Of a DNA stretch of 64,000 nucleotides, positions 62,977 through 64,000 are shown in pieces. This DNA is from an uncultured cyanobacterium (lineage in GTDB: Bacteria; Cyanobacteriota; Cyanobacteriia; Cyanobacteriales; Nostocaceae), in assembly GCA_963740315.1 (NCBI GenBank), contig CAVUDP010000001.1:256001-320000 (forward strand), given 5' to 3'. The notes below the pieces were generated by a model that saw only the letters and a program-made list of their open reading frames with translations, did not search any database and was not told the DNA's origin. The position numbers and the translations under genes were made by a program. Position 1 is the stretch's first letter; each line of letters begins with the position of its first letter.

Positions 62977-64000
62977 ATGAAAAGTTATCGGCAACCGCAA
63001 AAAAGATTTTTTTATTTTGTTGCGTCTATTATTCTGTATTTTTTACTTACTATTGTTCCCTTTTCGCCAACTCACGCTCAAGTACCTATTCCCACACCGA
63101 CACCAACCCCCGCTACCACTTCGGTAAATAAAGGGGCACCTGTAGAGCTTGGAGGAGAAGAACTTTTTAACATTCGCGCTGGAGTAGGAGCATTTTCTCC
63201 GGAAGAGCGTGCTGAAGCCGTAAGCAATCGTATTCTCAAACTTGCGGACGATCCAACAATTCCAGCAGATAGAATTACAATCGATGACCAACCTTTAACT
63301 ACTAATTTAACCGTAGATAATCGCGTACTGTTAACTATAACAGATGGAGATGCAAGAGTCGCCGACCAACCCCGACAAGAATTAGCTAGAAACTACCAAG
63401 AAAAAATTCAAAACACAATAACACAATATCGCATCGAACGCAGTCCCGATTACATTCGTCAAGCAATATTTAATAGCGCGATCGCAACAGTTCTTCTGAT
63501 AGGAACTTTAATTTTATTTGCGATAATCTTTCCTTGGCTTTATCGAAAAGTAAACAATTTACAAAGTACGCGATTTCCAACAATCAGAATACAAAACTTT
63601 GAGCTATTAACAGCTACCCGAATTCATCGAATATTAATTGGTTTACTCAAATTAATCAGGTTTGTATTAACCTTGGGCGCACTTGTAATCTACGTACCCT
63701 TGGTAATGAGTTTCTTCCCTTTGACAAGACAAATTAGTTTAAGGGTATTCAGATATTTTTTGCTAGCAGCAGAAACTTCTTGGGAAGCATTTCTCAGTTA
63801 TTTACCGAATCTTTTTGCCCTTAGCATTATTCTTTTCATTACTTTCTACTTGATTAAGTTAATGAGGAATTTCTTTACCTCTATAGGTAACGGAACTTTA
63901 ACTGTTCAAGGATTTTATCCAGAATGGGCGGAACCGACTTTTAAACTATCGGTATTTTTAATTGTAATTCTTGCAGCGGTAATTGCTTTTCCTTATCTAC
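62977..64000 (+). CDS. Mechanosensitive ion channel (MscS family) protein, 5' part (runs off window)
   Basis: Manual translation from ATG at 62977: signal peptide, APVELGGEELFNIRAGVGAFSPEERAEAVSNRI, TM helices, GFYPEWAEPTFKL...AFPYL. Confidence 0.85.
   Translation, partial: MKSYRQPQKRFFYFVASIILYFLLTIVPFSPTHAQVPIPTPTPTPATTSVNKGAPVELGGEELFNIRAGVGAFSPEERAEAVSNRILKLADDPTIPADRITIDDQPLTTNLTVDNRVLLTITDGDARVADQPRQELARNYQEKIQNTITQYRIERSPDYIRQAIFNSAIATVLLIGTLILFAIIFPWLYRKVNNLQSTRFPTIRIQNFELLTATRIHRILIGLLKLIRFVLTLGALVIYVPLVMSFFPLTRQISLRVFRYFLLAAETSWEAFLSYLPNLFALSIILFITFYLIKLMRNFFTSIGNGTLTVQGFYPEWAEPTFKLSVFLIVILAAVIAFPYL

Noticed and set aside
1..64000. tRNA, rRNA, integrase or full-length transposase genes
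   Set aside because: None recognised by eye; tRNAscan-SE or Infernal would be needed to exclude them.

Overview
AT-rich chromosomal segment of a filamentous, probably heterocyst-forming cyanobacterium (frequent HIP1 GCGATCGC, heptamer STRR tracts, pxcA, CAB-tailed hemH, nifJ). Intact housekeeping genes (ileS 5' part, acyP, pxcA, glyS, murD, gatB, argJ, hemH, purB, nifJ, a four-gene two-component cluster, dedA, oxoprolinase A, an MscS-family 5' part) alternate with accessory islets: a NotI-like restriction-modification locus with a possible HEPN gene, lipoproteins, a vanadium haloperoxidase, toxin-antitoxin remnants, an Rpn nuclease with a duplicated C-terminal mini-gene, two STAND/NACHT ATPases and a CHAT protease. 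Two observations stand out. (1) An effector-less NACHT-TPR ATPase and a nearby CHAT (caspase-like) protease share a 25-aa beta-type motif, once inside the NTPase domain and twice at the protease C-terminus. This resembles HET-s/NWD2-type amyloid signalling but with an unusual intra-domain placement. (2) Between gatB and argJ lie four complete sRNA transcription units, each with a GGGG-N5-CCCC (HetR-like) box, an extended -10, an NsiR1-like 5' core and a terminator. Many accessory genes carry single-base lesions while the core genes do not. Family assignments come from motif recognition by eye; no database searches were run.
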